Shown here piece by piece: positions 54,256-63,394 of a stretch of DNA of 64,000 nucleotides. The translations under genes and the position numbers were made by a program. The first letter of the stretch is position 1. Each line of letters starts with the position of its first letter. The stretch lies in contig JBEEPO010000003.1 in NCBI GenBank assembly GCA_041191065.1, positions 51,946 to 115,945 of the forward strand, read 5' to 3'. Source of the DNA: Verrucomicrobiota bacterium (GTDB lineage Bacteria > Verrucomicrobiota > Verrucomicrobiia > Opitutales > UBA953). The notes under the pieces are model-generated. The model was not told the DNA's origin and searched no databases. It saw only the letters and a list, made by a program, of their open reading frames with translations.

Positions 54256-54843
54256 TCAGGCTTTGGGTTTTTCCTCGGTCCAGGACTGGTCGAGCGCGGA
54301 AGGCTCGCCTTCGGAAAGCTTGCCCCCGTGCGAGACGAACGGTCCGCCCATCATCGGCGCGGGCTCGACCTTCTGGCCGGTGACTTCCGCGACGTCGGCG
54401 GCGGGGAAGGGGACTTCGATGCCGGCGAGGGGGAAGTCCTTGCGGAGCGGATGATACGGATAAGCGTCCCACATCAGGATGCGGCGCGGGTCCGGGTGGC
54501 CTTCGAAGACGATGCCGAACATGTCGTACGCTTCGCGCTCGTGCCAGTTGGCGCCGGGGTGGAGCGAGGCGACGCTCGGGACGCGGTCGTCGACGGCGTC
54601 GACGTGCAGGCGGACGTATTCCTTGTTCGCCGTGCTGAGCAGATGGATGACGACGCCGAAGCGGGCCGGGCGGGCCTGCAGTTCGAGGCCGCAGAGGTCG
54701 GCGAGCAGGTCGAAGCCCTGCGTGTCGCGCAGCCAGGCCACGGCGGCGAGCAGGTCGCCACCCGCGACGCGGAAGGTCGGCATGTCCTTGCCGGCAAGGT
54801 CTTGCGTGGCAGGGAAACGGGAGGTGAGCGCGGCGGCGTCCAT
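54256..54843 (-). CDS. nuoC: NADH-quinone oxidoreductase subunit C (30-kDa subunit, not fused to NuoD)
   Basis: 195 aa with the NuoC signature HPGANWHEREAYDMFGIVFEGHPD. Confidence 0.9.
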   Translation of the reverse strand: MDAAALTSRFPATQDLAGKDMPTFRVAGGDLLAAVAWLRDTQGFDLLADLCGLELQARPARFGVVIHLLSTANKEYVRLHVDAVDDRVPSVASLHPGANWHEREAYDMFGIVFEGHPDPRRILMWDAYPYHPLRKDFPLAGIEVPFPAADVAEVTGQKVEPAPMMGGPFVSHGGKLSEGEPSALDQSWTEEKPKA

Positions 54844-54851
54844 GTCCGTGC

Positions 54852-55385
54852 TCAGCTGACGATCTTCGTTTCGACCGTGCGACCGCGGAAGGTGCGGCGC
54901 AACGAGCCGCCTTCCTGGCGGATCTTCTCCTGAAGGAGCATCATGCCGTCGAGGAGGGCCTCGGGACGGGGCGGGCAGCCGGAGATGTAGATGTCGACCG
55001 GGACGATGTTATCCACGCCTTGGAGGGTGGCGTAGGAGCGGTACATGCCGCCGGTGGAAGCGCAGGCGCCCATGGCGACGACCCACTTCGGTTCGGCCAT
55101 CTGGTCGTAGATGCGGCGGACGACTTCGGCCATCTTGTAGGTGACGGTGCCGGCGACGATCATGCAGTCGGCCTGCCGGGGAGAGAAGCGCATGACCTCC
55201 ATGCCGAAGCGGGAGATGTCGAAGCGGGAGCCGCCGGCGGCCATGAGCTCGATGGCGCAGCAGGCCAGGCCCATGGGCATCGGCCACACGGAGTTGCTGC
55301 GCACCCAGTTGACGACGGCGTCGGCGCGGGTCACGATGACCTCGCCCTCCACCTTGCTGTTGTAGCCGAAATCGGATTTGACCAT
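54852..55385 (-). CDS. nuoB: NADH-quinone oxidoreductase subunit B (N2 cluster)
   Basis: [21 protein letters not shown] and ISGCPPRPE are the NuoB cluster motifs. I prefer the ATG at 55385 (MVKSDFGY...). The track start at 55400 is a TTG that would overlap the conserved leader block. Confidence 0.9.
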   Translation of the reverse strand: MVKSDFGYNSKVEGEVIVTRADAVVNWVRSNSVWPMPMGLACCAIELMAAGGSRFDISRFGMEVMRFSPRQADCMIVAGTVTYKMAEVVRRIYDQMAEPKWVVAMGACASTGGMYRSYATLQGVDNIVPVDIYISGCPPRPEALLDGMMLLQEKIRQEGGSLRRTFRGRTVETKIVS

Positions 55386-55545
55386 GGTCGTTCGCCGCAA
55401 GTTAGGGTGACCCCCATGGGGAGCAAGCGGGAAGGGGCGAAAACGGCGTTTTTATCGCTTCTAATCGGGGTCGATAGGGTGACGAGAGGCTCGGGAGCGA
55501 GGCTTGCAACTAAAGCCCGAGGGTACTGTTCTAGAGTCGTACCCC

Positions 55546-57456
55546 ATGAAGACGCTTTTCGTCCTGTTGGCCGCCTTGCTTTCGGCCCCCATCGTCGCCG
55601 CCCGCCCGCCTAACGTGGTGGTGATCTTCATCGACGACCTAGGGTACGGGGACATCGGCCCTTTTGGGGCGACCAAGCAGCGCACCCCACACCTCGACCG
55701 GATGGCCAAGGAGGGCATGAAATTGACTAGTTTCTATGCCACCCCTGTCTGTTCGGTCTCCCGAGCCCAGATGATGACGGGTTGTTACGGCGCCCGAATC
55801 TCCGTACCAGGGGTCTATTTTCCGGGGCAATCGGTGGGATTAAATCCTTCAGAAATAACTGTAGCCGAGAGACTTAAGGAAAAAGGATACGCCACCCAGA
55901 TGGTCGGGAAGTGGCACTTGGGCGATCAGCCTGAATTCCTACCCACCCGGCAGGGTTTTGACCACTATTACGGCATCCCCTATTCTAACGACATGCTCAA
56001 GAAGAGCGCCGAGACCAAGGTCCCGGTCGTGCCCCTCCTCCGCGATGAGAAGGTCGTCGAGCTGATGGACGGGGAGGGGCAGCGCCGCATGGTGGAGCTC
56101 TATACCAAGGAGGCCGTCGACTTCATCACCCGCAGCAAGGACCAGCCCTTCTACCTCTACTTCGCCCATAACGCCGTCCACACGCCGATCTGGCCTGGCG
56201 CCGCCTTCGCCGGCAAATCCCAGAACGGTCGCTTCGGCGATTGGGTCGAAGAAGTCGACTGGAGCGTCGGACAAGTGCTCGATACCCTGCGTGCGCAGGG
56301 CCTCGATAAGGACACGCTCGTGGTCTTCACTTCCGATAACGGCCCGTGGCTCGTCAAGGGCACCGACGGTGGCAGCGCCGGTCCGCTCCGCGGCGGCAAG
56401 GGTTCGACCTGGGAAGGCGGCGTGCGCGTGCCGACCCTCGCTTGGTGGCCGGGGCACGTGCCCGCCGGTTCCGTCAACGACGCCGTCGCCGCGACGATCG
56501 ACCTCCTGCCGACCTTCGTCGCGCTCGCCGGCGGCGTCGTGCCCGCGACGCCGGTCATCGACGGGCGTGACATCACGCCGATCCTGCTCGGCCAGTCGAA
56601 GGAGTCTGCGCGCGAGGCGCATTACTATTTCGCCGGCTACGACCTGCAGGCCGTCCGCCAAGGACGCTGGAAGCTCGCCCTCGCTCCTCAGTCGGACGGA
56701 CTGGGGAAGAACGCCGCCAAGACCGCGCCCGGCCTCCGTCTTTACGACCTCGACGCCGAGATCGGCGAGCAGACCGACGTCGCCGCGCGGCATCCGGAAG
56801 TCGTCGCGAAACTGAAGGCGCTCGCCGACAAGATGTCGGCCGAGATCGGCGGCAAGAGCCCGACCGCTCGCCGCCCCGCCGGCGAGGTGAAGGCCGCCAA
56901 GACGCTTTATCCCACGGTCGATTACGTCCCGAACGACGTCAAGAAGACGGACGCGAAAGCGGCGGCGAAGAAAGGCGCGACGAAGGCCGCGGCCAAGGCC
57001 GTCGCTCTCGCGCAGGCGAAGTCCGGCGATGCGATCGTTTCGGCCGCCGCCCCGCAGGTCGGCCATAAGGCCTTCACCGTCGCCGTCACCGTCGAGACCG
57101 CGCAGCGCGACGCCGTCCTCCTCGCCCAAGGCGGGCTCATCGGCCATGCGCTCTATCTCAAAGGCGGCCGCGTCGCCTTCGCCGTGCGCCACGGCGCCGA
57201 CGAGGTCGTTGAGATCCTGTCGCCCGCCGAGGTCAGGGGCCCCTTCGCCGTCACCGCCAGCCTCGCCGCTGACGGCGCGATGAAACTCGTCGTCGCCGGC
57301 CAGGAAACCGTCGCCGGCAAGGCCAAGGGCACGCTGCCGCGCCAGCCGGCCGAGGATTTCTGCGTCGGCCACGACAACGGCAAGCCCGTCGGGCTCTACG
57401 GCGAGCCCAAGACGCTCCAAGGTTCGGTCTCCGGCCTCGCGGTCACGGCTCCATGA
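55546..57456 (+). CDS. Secreted sulfatase (S1 family, arylsulfatase-like) with a ~170-aa C-terminal lectin/LamG-like extension
   Basis: From the ATG at 55546: MKTLFVLLAALLSAPIVAARPPNVVVIFIDDLGYGDIGPFG...ATPVCSVSRAQMMTG...GKWHLG. This gives a signal peptide and a sulfatase N-terminal domain. The active-site box reads C-S-V-S-R rather than the canonical C-x-P-x-R. The stop overlaps the next start (ATGA at 57453-57456). Confidence 0.85.
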   Translation: MKTLFVLLAALLSAPIVAARPPNVVVIFIDDLGYGDIGPFGATKQRTPHLDRMAKEGMKLTSFYATPVCSVSRAQMMTGCYGARISVPGVYFPGQSVGLNPSEITVAERLKEKGYATQMVGKWHLGDQPEFLPTRQGFDHYYGIPYSNDMLKKSAETKVPVVPLLRDEKVVELMDGEGQRRMVELYTKEAVDFITRSKDQPFYLYFAHNAVHTPIWPGAAFAGKSQNGRFGDWVEEVDWSVGQVLDTLRAQGLDKDTLVVFTSDNGPWLVKGTDGGSAGPLRGGKGSTWEGGVRVPTLAWWPGHVPAGSVNDAVAATIDLLPTFVALAGGVVPATPVIDGRDITPILLGQSKESAREAHYYFAGYDLQAVRQGRWKLALAPQSDGLGKNAAKTAPGLRLYDLDAEIGEQTDVAARHPEVVAKLKALADKMSAEIGGKSPTARRPAGEVKAAKTLYPTVDYVPNDVKKTDAKAAAKKGATKAAAKAVALAQAKSGDAIVSAAAPQVGHKAFTVAVTVETAQRDAVLLAQGGLIGHALYLKGGRVAFAVRHGADEVVEILSPAEVRGPFAVTASLAADGAMKLVVAGQETVAGKAKGTLPRQPAEDFCVGHDNGKPVGLYGEPKTLQGSVSGLAVTAP

Positions 57457-58646
57457 TGCTCCGGATCTTTCTCTTCCTGGCCGCTGCGGTGCTCTTCGCC
57501 GCCGAGCCGGTTCCGGTCTTCCATGGCGCCCGTCCTGGCGCCTTGGAGAAAGCGAAGGCCTTGGTGGCCTCGGGTCATGAGTCCGCCGGGAAGGCGCTGA
57601 AGAAACTGATCGCCGACGCCGACAAGGCCTTGGCCGTGGTCCCGCCTTCGGTGATGCAGAAGACGAAGGTGCCGCCGAGCGGCGACAAGCACGACTACAT
57701 GAGCATCGCCCCTTATTTCTGGCCTGACCCGGCCACGAAGGACGGGCTGCCGTATGTCCGCAAGGACGGCAAGGTGAATCCCGAATCCCGCGAAGAAGCC
57801 GCGAACGACACTCTGCGCGCGCGCTTGGTCGGCTCTTCCGTCGAGACCTTGGCCCTCGCCTATCATTTCACCGGTGAGCAGAAATATGCCGAGCACGCGG
57901 CCAGGATCCTGCGTGCCTGGTTCCTCGATCCGGCGACCAGGATGACGCCGCACTTTCGTTTCGCCCAGGCGATGCCCGGCGTGAACGACGGTCGCGGCAC
58001 GGGCATCCTCGAAGCCCGCGGACTCGCCGACGCCGCCGATGCCGCCGCCTTGCTCCATGGTTCCAAGCATTGGTCCGCCGCCGACCAGCAGGCGCTGCTC
58101 GCCTGGGCGGCGGCTTATTTCGAATGGCTGACCACGAGCAAGAACGGCTTGGACGAGCGGGCCGCCAAGAACAACCACGGCACGTGGTATGACGTCCAGG
58201 CCGTCAAGTGGGCGCTGGTGCTCGACCGGAAGGACCAAGCCAAGGAGATCTGCGCCGAAGCGGCCACGCGCCGCATCGGCGTGCAGATCCAGCCGGACGG
58301 CAAGCAGCCTCTGGAACTGGTCCGCACGGCCTCGTTCAGCTATTCCTGCTTCAATCTCCGCGCGCTTTCCGCGCTGGCCGTTCTCGGCGAGCATGTCGGC
58401 GTCGATCTCTGGAAGCATCGCAGCGCGGACGGCCGTTCCCTGGTGGTCGCGTTGGATTTCCTCGCGCCTTACCTCGGCAAGAACCCCAAGCCTTGGACGA
58501 TGCCGCAGATTCACGAGACCAACGACGACGACGTACTCCCCGTCCTGCGCGCCGCGGCGCTCGCCACCGGCGATGCCCGTTACGAGTCGTTGCTGAAGGA
58601 ATATTCGGATCACCGGAGCAAACGTCTGCAACTGCTGGCACCTTGA
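57453..58646 (+). CDS. Alginate-lyase-family (PL5/AlgL-like all-alpha) polysaccharide lyase, secreted
   Basis: 397 aa with a signal peptide MMLRIFLFLAAAVLFAA and AlgL-type motifs (KHDYMSIAPYFWPDP, NNHGTWY). It overlaps both neighbouring genes. Confidence 0.7.
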   Translation: MMLRIFLFLAAAVLFAAEPVPVFHGARPGALEKAKALVASGHESAGKALKKLIADADKALAVVPPSVMQKTKVPPSGDKHDYMSIAPYFWPDPATKDGLPYVRKDGKVNPESREEAANDTLRARLVGSSVETLALAYHFTGEQKYAEHAARILRAWFLDPATRMTPHFRFAQAMPGVNDGRGTGILEARGLADAADAAALLHGSKHWSAADQQALLAWAAAYFEWLTTSKNGLDERAAKNNHGTWYDVQAVKWALVLDRKDQAKEICAEAATRRIGVQIQPDGKQPLELVRTASFSYSCFNLRALSALAVLGEHVGVDLWKHRSADGRSLVVALDFLAPYLGKNPKPWTMPQIHETNDDDVLPVLRAAALATGDARYESLLKEYSDHRSKRLQLLAP

Positions 58647-60295
58647 TGAGCCGGCTCCTCTTTCTGTTCGCTTTGACCCTGGCCGCGACGCTCGCCGCCG
58701 AGACGCGCCGGCCCAACGTGCTCGTCATCCTGGCCGATGATCTCGGCTATTCCGATCTCGGCTGCTACGGCGGCGAGATCCCGACCCCGAATCTCGACCG
58801 ACTCGCCCGGGGCGGCGCGCGTTTCGAGAAGGTCTACACGTCCGCGCGTTGCTGTCCGACGCGCGCGTCGCTGCTCACCGGCCTGCACCCGCACGAAGCG
58901 GGCATCGGTGATTTCGTCTCCGCCAAGCCGGCGCCGAAACGCGGCCCCGCCTACGCGGGTCATCTGCTCGACGACAACATCACCATCCCCGAGCTCCTGA
59001 AGCAGTCCGGCTACAGCACCTGGATGGTCGGCAAGTGGCACATGGGTTCGCCCGGGCCGATCCAGCGCGGCTTCGACGCCTATTACGGCTACAAGAACCT
59101 GCAGGCGCATTCCAACGACCAGTGGGACCCGGCGGCCTACGTGCGCCTGCCCGCCGGCACGCCTGCCGAGCTGTCGTATGCGCCGGACAAGTTCTACGTC
59201 ACCGACGTCTTCACCGATTACGCCCTCGAGTTCCTGCGCCAGGCGCGCAGACAGAAGGACAAGCCGTGGTTCCTCTATCTCGCGCACTCCTCGCCGCACT
59301 TCCCGGTGCAGGCGCCGAAGGCTTCGATCGACCGGCACATGCCGACCTATCGTCGGGGCTGGGACGTCCTGCGGGCCGAGCGCTTCGCGCGGATGAAGGC
59401 GCTGGGGCTCGTCGCCGCGGACGCGGTCCTGCCGCCGCTTTCGCTCGTGCCCGTCGAGACGGACGACGCCATCGCCAACGGTTTCTCCGGGAAGCCCAAT
59501 CCCGCCTGGGACAGTCTCCCGGCGGACCGTCGCGAGGACCTCGCGCGCCGCATGGCCACCTTCGCCGCGATGGTCGAGCATGTCGACCAAGGCGTCGGCC
59601 GGCTGCTCGCCGACCTCGAGCGCAACGGCGAACGCGCGGACACCCTCGTCGTCTTCACGTCCGACAACGGCGCCTGCTACGAGTGGGGCCCGTTCGGTTT
59701 CGACGGACGTTCCCGCGCCGGTCGCACCGACCTGCATGTCGGCGCCGCGCTCGACGGCATGGGCCAGGCCGGCACGCACTCTTCCTACGGCTCCGCCTGG
59801 GCCAATCTCGGCAACACGCCGCTCAACCTTTATAAGCACTTCTGCCACGAAGGCGGCATCAGCGCGCCGCTGCTCGTCGCCTGGCCGGCCGGCTTGAAAC
59901 CTGCGACGGAATGGATCCGCTCCCCCGCGCACGTCATGGACCTCTTGCCGACCATCGCCGCGGCCACCGGCACCACGTATCCGCGGGAACGGGCCGGTAA
60001 GCCGATCCGTCCGGTCTCCGGTCGTTCGTTGTTGCCTGACTTGCGGGGCGAACCGACTCCTGAGCGCGGCATCCCGACCGCCCATGAAGGCGCGCGCGGT
60101 TATCGTCTCGGCCAATGGAAGATCGTCTGGGGCAAACGCCAGATCGCGCCCGTCACCTGGCAGCTTTTCGACCTCTCCCAGGATCCCTCCGAGCAGCACG
60201 ATCTCGCCGCCGCGCACCCCGCCAAGCTCAAGGAGCTGGCGGATGCTTGGATGGCGTGGGCTATGCAGGCCGGCGTCGACCTCAGCTCCCGCTGA
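58646..60295 (+). CDS. Secreted sulfatase (S1 family, arylsulfatase A-like)
   Basis: From the ATG at 58646 (TGATG overlap): MSRLLFLFALTLAATLAAETRRPNVLVILADDLGYSDLGCYG...SARCCPTRASLLTG...GKWHMG. The C-x-P-x-R box is canonical. The track start at 58208 lies inside the previous gene and is rejected. Confidence 0.88.
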   Translation: MSRLLFLFALTLAATLAAETRRPNVLVILADDLGYSDLGCYGGEIPTPNLDRLARGGARFEKVYTSARCCPTRASLLTGLHPHEAGIGDFVSAKPAPKRGPAYAGHLLDDNITIPELLKQSGYSTWMVGKWHMGSPGPIQRGFDAYYGYKNLQAHSNDQWDPAAYVRLPAGTPAELSYAPDKFYVTDVFTDYALEFLRQARRQKDKPWFLYLAHSSPHFPVQAPKASIDRHMPTYRRGWDVLRAERFARMKALGLVAADAVLPPLSLVPVETDDAIANGFSGKPNPAWDSLPADRREDLARRMATFAAMVEHVDQGVGRLLADLERNGERADTLVVFTSDNGACYEWGPFGFDGRSRAGRTDLHVGAALDGMGQAGTHSSYGSAWANLGNTPLNLYKHFCHEGGISAPLLVAWPAGLKPATEWIRSPAHVMDLLPTIAAATGTTYPRERAGKPIRPVSGRSLLPDLRGEPTPERGIPTAHEGARGYRLGQWKIVWGKRQIAPVTWQLFDLSQDPSEQHDLAAAHPAKLKELADAWMAWAMQAGVDLSSR

Positions 60296-60302
60296 GGCTC
60301 GA

Positions 60303-60326
60303 GCCCTAGCCCTAGCCCTAGCCCTG
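60303..60326. repeat. (GCCCTA)4 hexamer run between convergent genes
   Basis: GCCCTAGCCCTAGCCCTAGCCCTG fills most of the 33-nt gap between the sulfatase stop (60295) and the pit stop (60329). Confidence 0.7.
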
Positions 60327-60328
60327 AA

Positions 60329-61447
60329 TTACTTCGCCCAGCCGAAGAGCACTGTCGCGCGGTAGAACAGGTAACCGAGCGTGAGCGTGATGGGGATGGT
60401 CAGCACCCAGGCCCAGACGATGCGGCCGACGAGACCCCACTTCACCGCGTCGAAGCGCTTCGTCGCGCCGACGCCTAGGATGGAGGTCGAGATCACGTGC
60501 GTGGTGGAAAGCGGGATGCCCATCTCGGAGGCGCCGTGGATCGTGATGGCCGCGGCGGTCTCGGCCGCGAAGCCGTGGACCGGCTGCAGCTTCACCATCT
60601 TGTGGCCCATCGTGCGGATGATCTTCCAGCCGCCGGCCGCCGTCCCGAGGGCCATCGTGATGGCGCAGAGCACGATCACCCAATAGGGCGCGTGGTCGAC
60701 GACGCCCTTCGCGTTGAGTTCGGGCCTGATGGCCTGGGCCCAGGACGGGGCGTGGGCCGGGTCGAAGGCGCCGGAGGTGACGCCGACGATGAGGGCGAAG
60801 GTGATGATGCCGACCGTCTTCTGGGCGTCGTTGGAACCGTGCGAGAAGCCCATCATGCCGGCCGAGAGCAGCTGCAGCTTGCCGAAGGATTTCTGGACCT
60901 TGCTCGGGCGCATCGCGAAGCGGACGATCACGATCGTGAGCAGCGCCATGAAAGCCACGCCCAAGCTGAAGCCGATGAAGGGAGAGATGATCATCGGCTT
61001 GATCAGCTTCGGCCAAAGGCCGACCGTCTTGCCGGCGGAGTCCGTCGCCGACCAGATCAGGCGGCCCCATTCGAGGTGGGATTGCCCGAGCACGCCGCCG
61101 CAGAGGCCGCCGACGAGCGCGTGCGAGGAGCTGGAGGGGATGCCGAACCACCAGGTGAGCAGGTTCCAGACGATGCCGCCCATCAGCCCGCAGGCGATGG
61201 CGAGCTGCGCGACCTGGAACTCGGCGGAGACGGCGATGTAGCCCGAGTAGATCGTCTTCGCCACCGCGGTGCCCCAGAAGGCGCCGACGAGGTTGGTGAA
61301 GGCCGCGAGCATGATCGCCTGGCGGGGCGTCAGGACGCGCGTCGAGACGACGGTCGCGATGGCGTTGGCCGCGTCATGGAAGCCGTTGATGTATTCGAAC
61401 ACCACGGCCACCACGATGACCAGCACCATCAGCAGGAAGGGATCCAT
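60329..61447 (-). CDS. pitA: Inorganic phosphate transporter, PiT family
   Basis: 372-aa polytopic protein. The N-terminal FEYINGFHDAANAIATVVSTR and the second GSNDAQKTVG repeat are the PiT signatures. Confidence 0.88.
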   Translation of the reverse strand: MDPFLLMVLVIVVAVVFEYINGFHDAANAIATVVSTRVLTPRQAIMLAAFTNLVGAFWGTAVAKTIYSGYIAVSAEFQVAQLAIACGLMGGIVWNLLTWWFGIPSSSSHALVGGLCGGVLGQSHLEWGRLIWSATDSAGKTVGLWPKLIKPMIISPFIGFSLGVAFMALLTIVIVRFAMRPSKVQKSFGKLQLLSAGMMGFSHGSNDAQKTVGIITFALIVGVTSGAFDPAHAPSWAQAIRPELNAKGVVDHAPYWVIVLCAITMALGTAAGGWKIIRTMGHKMVKLQPVHGFAAETAAAITIHGASEMGIPLSTTHVISTSILGVGATKRFDAVKWGLVGRIVWAWVLTIPITLTLGYLFYRATVLFGWAK

Positions 61448-61468
61448 GACCGGGGACGGGGCGCGGGC

Positions 61469-62110
61469 TCAGGCGTACTTGAGGGCGATCTGGAACACGA
61501 CCTTGCCGGCGTCACGGCAGTGGTCGATCGCCCGTTCGAGCAGCTCGTAGATGTCCTTGAGGACGACGACTTCCTTGGCGTCGACGTTGCCTTGGTAGAG
61601 GTCGCGGAGGAGGCCCACCATCAGGCGGTCGGCGTCGCCTTCGATCGTCTGCAGGGTCTCGTAGTCGTCCTGGATCTCCTCGACGTTCGAGAGCTTGCGC
61701 AGCTTGCGGACGAGGGAAGCGGTGACCTCGGTGGCCTGCTCGAGCATGCGCACCTGCTTGTCGACGATGTCCGTCGAGAACTGGGAAGGACAGATGGCGA
61801 GACGCTCGCCGATCTTCTCGCAGGTCTTCGGGATCTTGTAGAGGGCGTTGGCGAGGGCCTCGATGTCCTCGCGCTCGAGCGGGGTCACGAAGGTCTGGCA
61901 GAGTTCCTGGGTGATCGAGAGCCCGATGCGCTTGTCGACGCGGCGGGCGACGACCAGTTCGGTGAAGCATTGCTCGAAGTCCGGCTTGCCGACCTGGGCG
62001 TAGAGCTTCGAGAGCGACTTGGCGCTCTTCTGCGCCTCATCGGCGCTGGCTTCGAGGAGTTCGTAGAACTTTTCGTCCTTACCGAGGACCTTCTTGAGGA
62101 AGTCTTTCAT
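61469..62110 (-). CDS. DUF47-family (PhoU-like) phosphate transport regulator partner of PiT
   Basis: 213-aa helical protein (MKDFLKKVLGKDEKFYELLEASADEA...) directly upstream of pit, which is the usual pairing. Confidence 0.75.
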   Translation of the reverse strand: MKDFLKKVLGKDEKFYELLEASADEAQKSAKSLSKLYAQVGKPDFEQCFTELVVARRVDKRIGLSITQELCQTFVTPLEREDIEALANALYKIPKTCEKIGERLAICPSQFSTDIVDKQVRMLEQATEVTASLVRKLRKLSNVEEIQDDYETLQTIEGDADRLMVGLLRDLYQGNVDAKEVVVLKDIYELLERAIDHCRDAGKVVFQIALKYA

Positions 62111-62178
62111 GGGCGTTTGGGTGAAATCGTTTCAAGGTGGGGGCAGGGGAGGGGCGCAAGCCCCGTTCGACACGTTTC

Positions 62179-62221
62179 CGTAACAATCGTAACATCAGGC
62201 TATTACGATTGTTACGATTGT
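62179..62221. promoter_or_regulatory. Perfect 14-bp inverted repeat plus a tandem 9-mer; candidate operator upstream of the DUF47-pit operon
   Basis: CGTAACAATCGTAA (62179-62192), a 10-nt spacer, then TTACGATTGTTACG (62203-62216). The 9-mer TACGATTGT occurs twice in tandem (62204-62221) and once inverted on the left arm. The site lies 69-111 nt upstream of the DUF47 start, in a divergent spacer. Confidence 0.45.
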
Positions 62222-62273
62222 GTGACGGAGGGTCGGCAAAGGGAGGGCTGAAAGGAGGACTGAATTGAAAAAG

Positions 62274-62448
62274 CCCCGCCACCGGCCACCCGGGGCTGCC
62301 ACCTGCCACCCGAAGCGAAATCATAAAATCCAAAGGGAGACCGGAGACCAGATGATTGGCTGGGGTGTCATGGCCCCAACCTTTTGGGCGCTTGGACTCT
62401 TCCCAGCCGCCAGCCGCCAGCCGCCAACCGCCAACCGCTAACCGCCAA
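62274..62448. repeat. Composite interspersed element: CCACC/GGGGCTGCC motif - R1a motif - CCGCCAACCG tandem run
   Basis: CCCCGCCACCGGCCACCCGGGGCTGCCACCTGCCACCCG (62274-62312); TCCAAAGGGAGACCGGAGACCAGATGATTGGCTGGGG (62329-62365); CAGCCGCCAGCCGCCAGCCGCCAACCGCCAACCGCTAACCGCCAA (62404-62448). Confidence 0.65.
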
Positions 62449-62524
62449 TGCCCGATACCGCTGTTTCCTTATTAAGACGCACCTGACGCGGGACTGACAC
62501 CATCGTCACGTAATCTTCGGAACC

Positions 62525-63394
62525 ATGGAACAAGCCACCAAGGTCCCTGGGCAGCACAAGATCCACTTCCGGACGTTGGTCCTTTCGGACCTCCATCTGG
62601 GCACCAAGGACGCCCAGGCGCGCGAGCTGCTCGACGTGCTGCGCGGCATCCGCTGCGACAAGCTCATCCTCAACGGCGACATCATCGACCTCTGGTCGCT
62701 GCAGCGGAAGAACCACTGGAGCCCGGCGCACACGGCCGTCATCCGGCGCATCATGAAGATGGCGGAGAAGGACGGCACGAAGGTCGTCTACCTGCGAGGC
62801 AACCACGACGACTTCATCCGTCGGCTGATCCCCCTCGTCCTTGACCGCATCGAGCTCGCCGAGGAGCACATCCACGTCGCCCAGGACGGCCGCAAGTACC
62901 TCTGCATCCATGGCGACGCGTTCGATACGGTGACGGTCAAGATGCGCTGGCTGGCCGTGGTCGGCGACATCAGCTACCAGATCCTCCTCGACCTGAACCG
63001 CTTCTACAACAGGTGGCGCGCGTGGCGAGGCAAGGAATACTTCTCCCTCTCCCAGGCCATCAAGGCCAAGGTGAAGTCGGCGGTGAGCTTCATCTCGAGC
63101 TTCGAAGAGCACCTGCAGACCCTGGCCGCGCGCCGCGGTTGCGAAGGCGTGATGTGCGGCCACATCCACAAGGCCGAGGACCGCATGATCGGCAACGTCC
63201 GTTACATCAACTCCGGCGACTGGGTCGAATCCCTGACCGCGGTGGTCGAAGAGGACGACGGCGCCATCCGCGTCGTCGAACGTCCGGAGCTCCTCCGGCG
63301 CATCGCCGAACGCCGCGCCGCCTTCGAAGCCGCCAAGCATGCTCCGGCCGCTCTCGCCGGCGAGGCCGGCGCCACGATCGCGTTCGTCGCGTGA
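62525..63394 (+). CDS. LpxH-family calcineurin-like metallophosphoesterase (UDP-2,3-diacylglucosamine diphosphatase-like)
   Basis: 289 aa with the metallophosphoesterase motifs LVLSDLHLG, LNGDIIDLW, LRGNHD, IHGD and CGHIH. The length and motif order resemble LpxH. The substrate cannot be assigned from sequence. Confidence 0.65.
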   Translation: MEQATKVPGQHKIHFRTLVLSDLHLGTKDAQARELLDVLRGIRCDKLILNGDIIDLWSLQRKNHWSPAHTAVIRRIMKMAEKDGTKVVYLRGNHDDFIRRLIPLVLDRIELAEEHIHVAQDGRKYLCIHGDAFDTVTVKMRWLAVVGDISYQILLDLNRFYNRWRAWRGKEYFSLSQAIKAKVKSAVSFISSFEEHLQTLAARRGCEGVMCGHIHKAEDRMIGNVRYINSGDWVESLTAVVEEDDGAIRVVERPELLRRIAERRAAFEAAKHAPAALAGEAGATIAFVA

